Assembly (NCBI GenBank): GCA_937124965.1
Contig: CAKZLB010000046.1
Coordinates: 100,776 to 164,775 of the forward strand
Source of the DNA: an uncultured Bacteroidota bacterium
GTDB lineage: Bacteria > Bacteroidota > Bacteroidia > NS11-12g > UBA9320
DNA length: 64,000 nt
Direction: 5' to 3'
The notes under the pieces: generated by a model
The model's input: only the letters and a program-made list of their open reading frames with translations
What the model was told of the DNA's origin: nothing
Databases searched by the model: none
Shown here: positions 1 to 9,425 of the stretch, piece by piece
Layout: the number at the start of each line of letters is the position of its first letter
Numbering within the stretch: the stretch's first letter is position 1
Program-made: the position numbers and the translations under genes

Positions 1-857
1 CTCTTAAGTTGGCAAAAAGAATAACTGGAAGAACTAATTTCGTTTCTATGCAAAACGCTTATCATGGTAGCAGTAGCGGTGCTATGAGTTTGATGAGTGA
101 TCCTTATTTCACAAATGCCTACCGACCACTATTACCAGGCTTCTTTCATGCTTCTTTTAATGATATTCAATCGCTTTCTGTAATCAATAACGAAACTGCG
201 GCGGTTGTACTTGAAATTGTTCAAGCAGAGGCAGGCTATCTTGCTCCAAATCCAGATTTTTTAGCTGCGGTTCAACAAAAATGTAGAGACACTGGTGCGT
301 TACTTATTGTAGATGAGATTCAAACTGGCATGGGGCGAACAGGCAAACTGTTTGCCATCGAACATTACGGAATTGTTCCTGATATCTTATGTCTTGCCAA
401 AGCCTTTGGTGGTGGTATGCCTTTAGGAGCTTTTGTTTCTTCAAAAGAAAATATGCTTCAATTAAGTCATGACCCTGTACTTGGACATATAACAACTTTT
501 GGTGGTCATCCTGTTTGTTGTGCAGCAGGACTAGAGAACCTAAACCAGTTGTCTAAGTCGAAACTCGTATCTGATGTCGAAAGTAAATCTCAATTATTCA
601 AAACGCTCTTGGTGCATCCAGATATTGTTGAAATTACAGGAAAAGGATTTATGCTTGGTGTGCAGTTAAAAAGCAAAGAACGACTTCATGCAGTTGTTGA
701 TCACTGCATCGCCAATGGAGTAATCATTGATTGGTTTCTATTTGCAGAAGACAAACTTCGTATCGCTCCTCCCCTGATTATCACCGAATCTCAAATTAAA
801 AAGGTTTGCAAAGTGATAATCAATGCCTTGGATGCCACAAAACTTGTTACATCTTAA
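1..857 (+). CDS. Class-III (acetylornithine/ornithine-type) PLP-dependent aminotransferase, 5'-truncated by the window edge
   Basis: Motifs LIVDEIQTGMGRTGKLFA and CLAKAFGGGMPLGAF (PLP-lysine region) are typical of class-III aminotransferases. The ORF runs to the window start. Confidence 0.8.
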   Translation, partial: LKLAKRITGRTNFVSMQNAYHGSSSGAMSLMSDPYFTNAYRPLLPGFFHASFNDIQSLSVINNETAAVVLEIVQAEAGYLAPNPDFLAAVQQKCRDTGALLIVDEIQTGMGRTGKLFAIEHYGIVPDILCLAKAFGGGMPLGAFVSSKENMLQLSHDPVLGHITTFGGHPVCCAAGLENLNQLSKSKLVSDVESKSQLFKTLLVHPDIVEITGKGFMLGVQLKSKERLHAVVDHCIANGVIIDWFLFAEDKLRIAPPLIITESQIKKVCKVIINALDATKLVTS

Positions 858-1057
858 TCAATTACTTAAATATTCTTGGTCATTACCTGATCTCTTGATA
901 GATTTTAAGCTTTTGTTGCAATACATTTAAACGCTCAACCAAAGTTTACTTACGTTAAACGAATCAACAGTACAAAGTAGACAACAAAAAGAGTGATTTC
1001 ATGGTTATTCATTGTGAAGAGCTTGAGTGTCAATCTCTTTCCTAATAATGAATCACT

Positions 1058-1375
1058 ATGGTACTACTTCATGTAATTACGAACGATACAAACCAAACAG
1101 ACGAGATAGTTGATCAACTAATCACCCAAAAATTACTTTTAAGCGGTATAACTATCGAAGATGTTAACGTGAAAAAAATGGGTCATGAAGGCAACATTAT
1201 TTCAGAAAAACAATCCTTAATAATGGGTACAACAAAGGCTCTTCTTTTCAATAAAATTGATGCGTTTTTAAGGGATAAATATCCAGATAATGTTCCCACA
1301 GTGTATTCAATTCCTATTGTAAACATGGATTGGGAACAAGCTGACCAATTGGTTAAAGAAACAAAAGCAATCTAA
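1058..1375 (+). CDS. Small CutA1/PII-like-fold protein (possible divalent-cation tolerance protein CutA)
   Basis: 105 aa. The length and C-terminal pattern VPTVYSIPIVNMDWEQADQLVKETK resemble the CutA 'VPEIIALPI...YLDWI' layout. This is similarity by eye only. Confidence 0.4.
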   Translation: MVLLHVITNDTNQTDEIVDQLITQKLLLSGITIEDVNVKKMGHEGNIISEKQSLIMGTTKALLFNKIDAFLRDKYPDNVPTVYSIPIVNMDWEQADQLVKETKAI

Positions 1376-1396
1376 AAACGAACGTTGATTTCGACT

Positions 1397-1418
1397 TTCA
1401 TTTTCATTCGAAAATGAA
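1397..1418 (+). terminator. Perfect 9-bp inverted repeat hairpin (TTCATTTTC-attc-GAAAATGAA) downstream of the CutA-like gene
   Basis: Seen directly. It is not followed by a strong U-tract and overlaps a 16-bp near-palindrome TGAACAATTGTGTTCA at 1415-1430. Confidence 0.3.
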
Positions 1419-1481
1419 CAATTGTGTTCATAATCGGTTTCATTTTGTCATGGAACCTCTGTTTCTAAGACTAAGACAATT

Positions 1482-2486
1482 ATGAATATGTACAAATTAA
1501 TACTCTCACTATTTTTTGTTTTTATTGGATTTAGTTCGGTGAACTTCGTTTATGGTCAAACAACTCGAAATGTTGTTGTTGAACATTTTACAAATACCAG
1601 ATGTGGCATTTGTGCAAATAGAAACCCAGGGCTCTTCACAAACTTAGAATCATCTAAAGAAGTAATGCATTTGTCTATCCATCCAAGTCGACCATACTCA
1701 AATTGCGTTTTAAACAATCACAACACTTCAGAAAACGATGCCAGAACAAACTATTACAATATATACGGAAGCACACCTCGAGTTGTGGTTCAAGGAGAAG
1801 TAAAGTCGGTTGGTGAAGACTTTAGTTCAAAGTCGCTTTTTTCATCGGCGTTGAACCAGACAACGCCAATTGAACTTAGTTTAAATACTATCAAAAAAGG
1901 AGATGATTCATTGGTTGTTGACGTTATCGTTAAAACCACCGAAGCTCACTCATTATCTGATTTAAATTTATTTGTAGTTGCTGCCGAAGATACAGTGTTT
2001 TACGATGCTCCAAATGGCGAAAAACAGCATTATGATGTTTTCCGAAAGGTTCTTTTAAACCAAGCCATTACTCTTTCCTCAACGGATGGAGATTCTACAA
2101 TTTATCGAGTATCAGTAGCAAATCATTCAGATTGGGATGCATCAAGAATGTTTGCAATGGCAATGGTTCAAAACAGTAATGACAAAAAAATTGAGCAAGT
2201 TGAAAGTTCAAAAGGTGATGCAGATGTGATTACAGTCTCTACGAAAAATGTTACCCAAAAGTTTTCTAAGATTTATCCTAATCCGTTTAAAGAAGTACTC
2301 ACAATTCAAACCAACAACGCAGACAATTATGTTGTTGAAATATTTGATGTTACAGGAACACTGATAAAAACCAAAACGTTTCAGAATAGTACCGCTATAA
2401 ATACTAAATCGTTTACAAAAGGCGTCTACATTTTTAGCATTTCTAATGGAGAATCTGTGCAAGTAGAACGACTAATTAAGAATTAG
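1482..2486 (+). CDS. Secreted protein with T9SS type-A (Por) C-terminal sorting domain
   Basis: N-terminal signal peptide (MNMYKLILSLFFVFIGFSSVNFVYGQ). C-terminal ~80 aa KIYPNPFKE...VEIFDVTGTLI...GVYIFSISNGESVQVERLIKN matches the Por_Secre_tail pattern. A FTNTRCGICAN Cys pair lies near the N-terminus. Confidence 0.6.
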   Translation: MNMYKLILSLFFVFIGFSSVNFVYGQTTRNVVVEHFTNTRCGICANRNPGLFTNLESSKEVMHLSIHPSRPYSNCVLNNHNTSENDARTNYYNIYGSTPRVVVQGEVKSVGEDFSSKSLFSSALNQTTPIELSLNTIKKGDDSLVVDVIVKTTEAHSLSDLNLFVVAAEDTVFYDAPNGEKQHYDVFRKVLLNQAITLSSTDGDSTIYRVSVANHSDWDASRMFAMAMVQNSNDKKIEQVESSKGDADVITVSTKNVTQKFSKIYPNPFKEVLTIQTNNADNYVVEIFDVTGTLIKTKTFQNSTAINTKSFTKGVYIFSISNGESVQVERLIKN

Positions 2487-2488
2487 CT

Positions 2489-3196
2489 CTACGCGCCAAA
2501 ATCTAAACGAACACCTATAGCCAATGGAGGTAGGTCAAAATCAATTTCATTATTGGTCAAATCAGACAGACGATAGTCTGCGGTAATTACAAGTTTGTTA
2601 AAACCCACTCTTGCGTGAACAGAGTAATTAGGTTTTTCAATGTATTTTATACCGGTCAAAATTAGTTGACTTTTAGTATGATTAGCCGTTGGGTCTTCAA
2701 CATCACTCTTTGTACTTAATTTTGTGTGGAATACATAATCTCCACTAATACCTAATTCAAGATAATTACCAATTCTATTTCCTCTCTTTCCAAAATTAAA
2801 CCGATTCGCAATTTCTAAGTTAACATCGTTTACGTTTAGGCGGTTATACTTAACTGGGTCACTAGTCTCAAACTCAAACTGAGTAAGTCCATAGTTCAAC
2901 GAGCTAACAATGCTATAAAAGTTCGACACTCGATATTTATAGTAAAGTCCGTAAGAAAATCGCGTTGATTCCCCGGATTTCAACTGAATAGAATCATTAT
3001 CTATTTGTCCTGGCAACAACCCAACACCAATGTACGAACTAAAAAAGTGCTTTCTATTCTTACCAAAATTAGAAATCACGGTATCCGCGTTCACATCTTG
3101 TTCTAGTTCAATTACCTGAGCACTAATCGATTGATATGTAAAAAAGCAGATTAGAAGTGCGAATACTCTATTCATTTTATTATTAATCTTATTCAT
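2489..3196 (-). CDS. Outer-membrane beta-barrel (porin/PorT-like) protein
   Basis: Signal peptide ending ...SISAQ. Alternating amphipathic beta-strand pattern throughout. A 2-nt gap to the upstream S8 protease gene suggests an operon. Confidence 0.5.
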   Translation of the reverse strand: MNKINNKMNRVFALLICFFTYQSISAQVIELEQDVNADTVISNFGKNRKHFFSSYIGVGLLPGQIDNDSIQLKSGESTRFSYGLYYKYRVSNFYSIVSSLNYGLTQFEFETSDPVKYNRLNVNDVNLEIANRFNFGKRGNRIGNYLELGISGDYVFHTKLSTKSDVEDPTANHTKSQLILTGIKYIEKPNYSVHARVGFNKLVITADYRLSDLTNNEIDFDLPPLAIGVRLDFGA

Positions 3197-3198
3197 TA

Positions 3199-4869
3199 TT
3201 ATTTTACTAAAATTTCCTCAACATGCCCCTTATAAAACACGCGAAGTGTAAACGGACGAGCGTAATCCGCTTTTGAAATATTTAATGGAGATGTAGATTG
3301 TGCTCCTTCTTTAAGTTGATTATCATCCACCTTGATGTTTCCAAACAAATCCGTTGGATCTACTACAAAATATTTATCCAAATACCCCTTTGAGTTTTCA
3401 ATATGGTAAAACACATAGTTGGGCCATTTAATATATCGATCTTCGAATTTTAGAGTGTTTTTTGACCCAAGATTTTCATCTTTCATTTTTGAGGTGTCTA
3501 ACAAAATATTGACTGTTGTATTCTTTATTTTAATTTCAAAAGTCTTTTCAGATTTCTGTGGCATCTTAAAGTAATAAGAAGCCTGAGGAACACCATAGCC
3601 ATGAGCATAGTCGAAGTAAGGATACAAATCAGCAGATTTATGAATATCGTCAAAAAGTTGCATGTTCGTGTACCCTGGACGTGCTTGTTTCGCGCAGGCA
3701 GCAAACCCAGCTACTAAAGGTCCACTGAAACTCGTCCCTTGTGTCTCTGAGATTCCTTTAGGTCCAGAACCTATTACATGCCCATAAGCTGTTACATTTG
3801 GTTTTAATCGTTTATCCCACGTTGGACCAAAAGAGCTAAATGACGTATGAATACCCGTTCGTGGATGAATTCCTCCAATTGACAATACACTATCTGCGTC
3901 TGCTGGTGTTCCAATATTTTTCCACTTTGCAGACCCTTCGTTTCCAGCAGAATTGACCACCAAAATACCTTTTCTCGCTGCCATATTTGCTGCTTTTGCA
4001 ACCAAACTTGTCGCACCATCCATGTCTTCTCTAAAATATCTATGATACGTGTAGCCCAATGAACTATTAATCACATCTGCACCGTTTTTATCTGCCCACT
4101 CCGCAGCGGCCAGCCAGTTTTCTTCTTCAGAATAGAACTCAGTCCAAGTCTCAGTTCGTGCTAATAAAAACTCTGCGTCTGTTGCTAGGCCGATGTTATG
4201 TCCATTTATAATTCCTCCGACACAACTCATTACAAATGTGCCATGAGTGCCTCCATTGTCAACGTCTTCTTTCTTTTGAACGAAGTTATACGTTGCGATT
4301 ATTCGGTTATTTTCTCGAATGTGATTAAATGCAGGATTCGTTGTGTAAGACTTAAAACCAACGTCAAAAATGGCAACCCGAACCCCCTTACCAGTAATAC
4401 TATTTTTCTTAAACGACTCCACGCCCATTCGTTGAGTCTGGGCTTTCAAGAATTTTATTTGATCATCTGTTGGTTCAAAATCACCATCCTCATAGGTGGA
4501 AGACAGTCCTGCACAATGCTTTTCGATGGTAGAAACCGTTTTGACGGATTCCACATACGGCAAGTCTAAAATCTTCTTCTTTTGATCTTCCGTTGCGAAA
4601 CAGCATACCCCATTAAACCATCTAGTAACCACTTTTACATTTCCAGTAATGTCTTTAACAGACTTGATGTAATTTGAAGTTACCGCTACATCCGTAAACT
4701 CAACTAATGGTAGGCCGTTCAATAATCGACGATCTATTGCTTTTTGATCAAAGTATTCATACGGATTAAAAGATGAAACATCTTTATCCTTAAAAAAAAC
4801 CCAAACCTTATCTTGCGCAAAACTAGTTGTTGCAATGGCAAGTAATAGCAGTGTAATCAGTTTCTTCAT
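3199..4869 (-). CDS. Subtilisin-like serine peptidase (S8 family), secreted
   Basis: Signal peptide MKKLITLLLLAIATTSFAQ. Catalytic triad motifs FDVGF (Asp), GTHGTFV (His), NSAGNEG (oxyanion Asn) and GTSFSGPLVAG (Ser). Confidence 0.85.
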   Translation of the reverse strand: MKKLITLLLLAIATTSFAQDKVWVFFKDKDVSSFNPYEYFDQKAIDRRLLNGLPLVEFTDVAVTSNYIKSVKDITGNVKVVTRWFNGVCCFATEDQKKKILDLPYVESVKTVSTIEKHCAGLSSTYEDGDFEPTDDQIKFLKAQTQRMGVESFKKNSITGKGVRVAIFDVGFKSYTTNPAFNHIRENNRIIATYNFVQKKEDVDNGGTHGTFVMSCVGGIINGHNIGLATDAEFLLARTETWTEFYSEEENWLAAAEWADKNGADVINSSLGYTYHRYFREDMDGATSLVAKAANMAARKGILVVNSAGNEGSAKWKNIGTPADADSVLSIGGIHPRTGIHTSFSSFGPTWDKRLKPNVTAYGHVIGSGPKGISETQGTSFSGPLVAGFAACAKQARPGYTNMQLFDDIHKSADLYPYFDYAHGYGVPQASYYFKMPQKSEKTFEIKIKNTTVNILLDTSKMKDENLGSKNTLKFEDRYIKWPNYVFYHIENSKGYLDKYFVVDPTDLFGNIKVDDNQLKEGAQSTSPLNISKADYARPFTLRVFYKGHVEEILVK

Positions 4870-4878
4870 TCTTCTAAA

Positions 4879-5685
4879 TTATCTGTTATCTCCATCAAGC
4901 AAATCTCCTATTCCTCCTAACAAACTTCCTTCGCCAGTTCGTTTTCCTCCAACTCTCGGTGCCGAAGCAATTACCTTATTGGCAAGTCGACTAAAAGGTA
5001 AGCTTTGAATCCACACTTTTCCTGGTCCTTCTAAGGTCGCATAAAACATTCCTTCGCCTCCAAAAATAGTATTCTTTATCCCGCCTATAAACTGTATGTC
5101 GTATTTTATATCTTTTGTAAACGCTACAATACAACCAGTATCTACTTTTAGTACTTCTCCAATTTTTAGCTCCTTTTCGGTTATAGTACCTCCAGCATGG
5201 ACAAACGCCATTCCATCACCTTCTAGTTTTTGCATTATAAAACCCTCTCCACCAAAAAAACCTGTTCCTAACTTCTTTTGAAACTCGATTCCAACGGAAA
5301 CACCTTTGGCGGCACATAAAAATGCATCCTTTTGGCAGATAATTCGCTCACCCAATGTCGATAAATCTAACGGAATAATTCGCCCAGGGTATGGGCTTGC
5401 AAAAGCAACACGTGCTTTGTTGAAACCATTGTGGGTAAAGACAGTCATAAACAATCTCTCACCTGTGAGAACACGTTTTCCTGCATTCCACAACTTGTCC
5501 ATAAAGGACTCTGACTGTTTCGAACCATCCCCAAATATTGTTTCCATTTGGATATCGTTGTGCATAAACATGAAACTACCTGGTTCGGCTACCACCGACT
5601 CTTGTGGATCAAGTTCAATTTCAACAAATTGCATTTCTTCGCCATAGATTGAATAATCTATTTCATGTGCGTTACGTGAGTTCAT
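4879..5685 (-). CDS. AIM24/TIGR00266-family protein (DUF124)
   Basis: N-terminus [33 protein letters not shown] and the Gly-rich C-terminal tail are diagnostic of the AIM24 family. Confidence 0.75.
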   Translation of the reverse strand: MNSRNAHEIDYSIYGEEMQFVEIELDPQESVVAEPGSFMFMHNDIQMETIFGDGSKQSESFMDKLWNAGKRVLTGERLFMTVFTHNGFNKARVAFASPYPGRIIPLDLSTLGERIICQKDAFLCAAKGVSVGIEFQKKLGTGFFGGEGFIMQKLEGDGMAFVHAGGTITEKELKIGEVLKVDTGCIVAFTKDIKYDIQFIGGIKNTIFGGEGMFYATLEGPGKVWIQSLPFSRLANKVIASAPRVGGKRTGEGSLLGGIGDLLDGDNR

Positions 5686-5756
5686 GTTACAATTTTTAAT
5701 ATAAGCTGGTGATTTTTTTTGGTTAATTCGGTAAGAAGATAGAACACTTCTACAAA

Positions 5757-5984
5757 CTATCTCCGCCGTTTCATTTTAGGATCAAAAACACCTTGTTTTA
5801 CTTTTCTCCGTTTTTTTCGTGTCTTTCTGTTTTTTTTGTTTTTATCAATTGTTCCACCAGTCATTCGTGCTTCGTGAAAGGCGGGGCATTCTTTTGCTTT
5901 TCGCCCCCCGCAACCATAGATAATTGATAGTGAAAACATTACAAGTAGGATTCTCAGAATATATTTCAGCTTGTACGCTCTCAT
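5757..5984 (-). CDS. Small putative lipoprotein with extremely basic C-terminal tail (hypothetical)
   Basis: 75 aa. Hydrophobic N-terminus with a lipobox-like IYGC. C-terminus [17 protein letters not shown]...KRRR. Lies directly upstream of the AIM24-S8 operon on the same strand. Coding status is unproven. Confidence 0.25.
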   Translation of the reverse strand: MRAYKLKYILRILLVMFSLSIIYGCGGRKAKECPAFHEARMTGGTIDKNKKNRKTRKKRRKVKQGVFDPKMKRRR

Positions 5985-6045
5985 AAATCAAATATAAAAG
6001 TTGGCATTCGTTTGACACAATTAGTTGCTTAATTTGTAGACTGAA

Positions 6046-8451
6046 ATGAGAAAGACAATGTTGAGATGGATTTATTTTACAGTGTTGATAGTCTTTGGTA
6101 GCACCTTGTGCTTTGGTCAACAGGTTCGGATAACTGGGTCTGAAAATGAACCGATATCAGAAGTTGATGCGTTGATTTATTCAAAACGAAATCAAACCGC
6201 GTTATCGTCGGATGAAAACGGTATCATTCGATTAAATACCACCGTCTTTGATTCAATTGTTTTTTTTCACCCTTCTTATTTCAGGAAATCACTTAGCCCA
6301 GAAGCCCTGAAAGCGGCAAATAACAATGTTTCGTTAGATGTGAAGGTATATGTGGCACCGACGCTTTATTTCAGACATGATCCTGATTTTGAACGACAAA
6401 AAGATCAGCCAACAAAGCTGGTGACAATGAAGCCAAAGGACACGAAATTTTTCAATCCACAAACCACTGCAGATTTATTAGGGTTAAGCAATCAAGTATT
6501 TATTCAAAAATCTCAAATGGGTGGCGGAAGTCCAATGATACGTGGTTTTTCTGCCAACAATGTGCTTATTGTGGTTGATGGGGTAAGGATGAATAATGCT
6601 ATTTTTCGAGATGGAAATATTCAAAATATTATTACACTTGATGCTAATCTCATTGACCAAACCCAAATAGTTTTTGGCCCAGGGTCTGTCTTTTACGGTA
6701 GCGATGCAATGGGAGGTGTTATGGCGTTTGAAACTAAAACACCTTCAATAGATTCCGGAGCACATTATGATGGAAATGTAATGTTGCGAACTGCTACTGC
6801 CAATAGAGAAAATTCTTGGCATGTTGATTTAAGCTATGGCAAAGGAAAGTTTGCTGGTTTGAGTAGTATTTCTATCTCAAATTTTGGCGAATTGCGAATG
6901 GGTAATGATGGACCCCAAGAATACACCAGACCTTTTTTTAGCGAATACAATGGCTCCACTGATACAATTATCAGAAATGACGACCCTAATGTTCAATACT
7001 TTACAAGTTACAGTCAGGTAAATATCAACCAAAAGTTTCGATATAAACCAGATAGCTTGAATGACTTTGTTCTACATTTTGGATTAGCTACATCTTCCCC
7101 AATTCCACGCTATGACAGACTACTTCAAACCAGAAACGGTTTACCAAGATATGGCGACTGGTATTATGGTCCGCAGAAATGGACCCAGTTAAACGGTAGG
7201 TATTTAAGAATTTTCCCTAAAAAAGTAATCGCTGACAAACTGACTACAACCATTGCATACCAAAGATTTGAAGAAAGTCGCTTTGTACGGCCTTTTCGAA
7301 GTTTTGAGTTGGAAGAAAATAAGGAAAACGTTGATGTCTATTCGCTAAATATTGACTTAGACAAAAAGATAAATAAACTTGATGTTATGTATGGAGTTGA
7401 ACTGGTTTCAAACCTAGTTTCTTCTTCCGGTCAGGGAACAAAACTCGATTCAAACATAACCTTTGACATAGCGACTAGATATCCAGATCAGAGCACGATG
7501 AATACAGCAGCTGGGTATGTGAGTTTAAAAAGAGAGTTTGCAAAATCATGGCTCATTACTGGTGGTGCACGGCTGACTTACATTTCCCTTAATGCTCCAT
7601 TCAAGAATAGTTTTTACAATTTCCCATTCCAAGAAATTAACTTACAAAAATCTGCATTAAGCGGAAGCGTTGGTTTGCGCAAAATCATAAACAAACGATC
7701 ATTTATCTACGGAAGTGTTGCTTCTGGTTTCAGAGCGCCCAACATAGACGATATGGGTAAAATATTTGATAGTCAGCCGGATAGAGTAATCGTTCCAAAT
7801 GAGAATTTAAATCCTGAATATTCATATACCGGTGAAATTGGTTTTCAAGCCGATATCACCAAAAAGGTAAGCGTTCTCGTTAATTCATATTATTCGGTCA
7901 TTGACAACATAATTGTTCGAGAGGATTTTCAATTAAATGGAAGCGATAGTCTTTTTTATAATGGAGAGATGATGCGTATTCAATCTCTTGTTAATGCGAA
8001 CCAAGGTACAATTTCTGGATTAGAACTGCAGGTTAATATTGAGCTAACAAAAGAACTTGACGTTAAATCCTCGTATAACATTATTTCTGGAAGCACGAAA
8101 GACGGTTTACCAATTAGACATGTTACACCAAATTTCGGAAACACCACTATTTCTTGGAAACATAGCAAGTTTAATGTTATCGCTTATGCCAACTACAATG
8201 CTGAGTTGTCTAATGCCAGTTTATCACCATCAGAACAATCTAAAATCCATTTATATGCTAAGGACATCAATGGACTTCCCTACTCTCCCGCATGGTATAC
8301 AGTTAACTTAAAAACTGCCGTTACCTTTTCAAAATCTCTTAACCTAACATTAGGTTTGGAAAATATACTAAACAAACGCTATAGACCATACAGCTCAGGC
8401 ATTTCCGCTCCCGGACGCAATCTTATAATAGGATTGTATAGTAAGTTTTGA
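6046..8451 (+). CDS. TonB-dependent outer-membrane receptor with N-terminal carboxypeptidase-regulatory-like domain
   Basis: Signal peptide. Plug motifs GGGSPMIRGFSANNVLIVVDGVRMNNAIFRDGNIQ. Long beta-barrel with C-terminal ...LIIGLYSKF (terminal Phe). Confidence 0.85.
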   Translation: MRKTMLRWIYFTVLIVFGSTLCFGQQVRITGSENEPISEVDALIYSKRNQTALSSDENGIIRLNTTVFDSIVFFHPSYFRKSLSPEALKAANNNVSLDVKVYVAPTLYFRHDPDFERQKDQPTKLVTMKPKDTKFFNPQTTADLLGLSNQVFIQKSQMGGGSPMIRGFSANNVLIVVDGVRMNNAIFRDGNIQNIITLDANLIDQTQIVFGPGSVFYGSDAMGGVMAFETKTPSIDSGAHYDGNVMLRTATANRENSWHVDLSYGKGKFAGLSSISISNFGELRMGNDGPQEYTRPFFSEYNGSTDTIIRNDDPNVQYFTSYSQVNINQKFRYKPDSLNDFVLHFGLATSSPIPRYDRLLQTRNGLPRYGDWYYGPQKWTQLNGRYLRIFPKKVIADKLTTTIAYQRFEESRFVRPFRSFELEENKENVDVYSLNIDLDKKINKLDVMYGVELVSNLVSSSGQGTKLDSNITFDIATRYPDQSTMNTAAGYVSLKREFAKSWLITGGARLTYISLNAPFKNSFYNFPFQEINLQKSALSGSVGLRKIINKRSFIYGSVASGFRAPNIDDMGKIFDSQPDRVIVPNENLNPEYSYTGEIGFQADITKKVSVLVNSYYSVIDNIIVREDFQLNGSDSLFYNGEMMRIQSLVNANQGTISGLELQVNIELTKELDVKSSYNIISGSTKDGLPIRHVTPNFGNTTISWKHSKFNVIAYANYNAELSNASLSPSEQSKIHLYAKDINGLPYSPAWYTVNLKTAVTFSKSLNLTLGLENILNKRYRPYSSGISAPGRNLIIGLYSKF

Positions 8452-8465
8452 TTAATAGAGCTAGA

Positions 8466-8531
8466 GTGAATAGATTATAGTGTAAAGTGAGTAGTGTATA
8501 GTGTATAGTGAATAGTGAATAGTTTGTAGTT
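8466..8531. repeat. About nine tandem copies of heptamer TGWATAG (tgaatag/tgtatag/tgagtag ...)
   Basis: Seen directly in the intergenic region between the TonB receptor gene and the next CDS. Confidence 0.6.
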
Positions 8532-8627
8532 AATAACACTTAGTTTAAAGTGAACAGTTAATAGTAGTTAGAATTAAAAGTCCCAAAGGAGCATAACAGA
8601 GTTTTCTGTTTAATTAAAAGTTAGAAC

Positions 8628-9422
8628 TTGAGTGATTTGAGTCAAATATCATTAACCAGATACTTCCAAACGTTTTTGACGAATGTGGAAGACATTGAAG
8701 CACCTAAACGCTTTTCAAATCCTTATAAGGTAAACCCTCATGAATTGGCTCAAATTGCGTGTAACGAAGTGAAACACTTTTTGTCGAATCAATCAACCAT
8801 ACCGCACAACTTTGGGTTAGGAAAGCATTCGGAAATAAAGCCTATTGGCAAAATGTTCGGAGTACTTGTTGTTGAAAATGAAGATAATTCAATTGGTTAC
8901 ATCACAGCGTTTTCTGGAAAACTGGCAGGCGGTAATCATCATGCTCATTTTGTCCCTCCGGTTTACGATGCCTTGACTGAAGGTAGCTTTGTTAATGTCG
9001 GAATGACAGAGTTGACCGAAATAAATCAGGAGATAACTAAACTTAGAGAAGACAATTCCAATGAAGGATTAGGTAAGCTAAAAACAGCAATAGATAATAG
9101 AAGAATTCACTGCACTGCGATCCTTGATAAAATCGTAGACAGTTATTTCTTTCTCAACTCTGACGGAATAACACTTGGCTTACGAGAAATATTTGAAAAG
9201 AAACTCAACAAAAAACCTCCAGGTGGTGCTGGTGAATGTGCACTTCCAAAATTACTTCAATTTGCATTTTTGAATAAACTTAAGCCAATCGCAACGGCGG
9301 AGTTTTGGTGGGGCAAAACAGACAAAGCCAAAGTGATGAATCACGGTGAATATTACCCTTCTTGCACTGACAAGTGTGAGCCAATTCTTGAACATATGTT
9401 ATCAGGAATTGAACTCGAATAA
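8628..9422 (+). CDS. Conserved hypothetical protein with C-terminal His/Cys cluster
   Basis: 264 aa with no signal peptide. Motifs GKMFGVLVVENEDNSIGYITAFSGKLAGGNHHAHF and GGAGECALPKLL...PSCTDKCEPILEH. No family assigned with confidence. Confidence 0.5.
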   Translation: MSDLSQISLTRYFQTFLTNVEDIEAPKRFSNPYKVNPHELAQIACNEVKHFLSNQSTIPHNFGLGKHSEIKPIGKMFGVLVVENEDNSIGYITAFSGKLAGGNHHAHFVPPVYDALTEGSFVNVGMTELTEINQEITKLREDNSNEGLGKLKTAIDNRRIHCTAILDKIVDSYFFLNSDGITLGLREIFEKKLNKKPPGGAGECALPKLLQFAFLNKLKPIATAEFWWGKTDKAKVMNHGEYYPSCTDKCEPILEHMLSGIELE

Positions 9423-9425
9423 GAG

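Noticed and set aside
304-495. Many short antisense ORFs inside long genes (e.g. 304..495, 2208..2462, 3804..4019, 4198..4569, 16695..17507 cluster, 19838..22724 cluster, 24263..27137 cluster)
   Set aside because: They lie embedded antisense in genes with strong domain evidence. They are typical AT-rich spurious ORFs.
5845-6120. 91-aa minus-strand ORF overlapping the TonB receptor start
   Set aside because: It overlaps a well-supported gene start and signal peptide and has no features.
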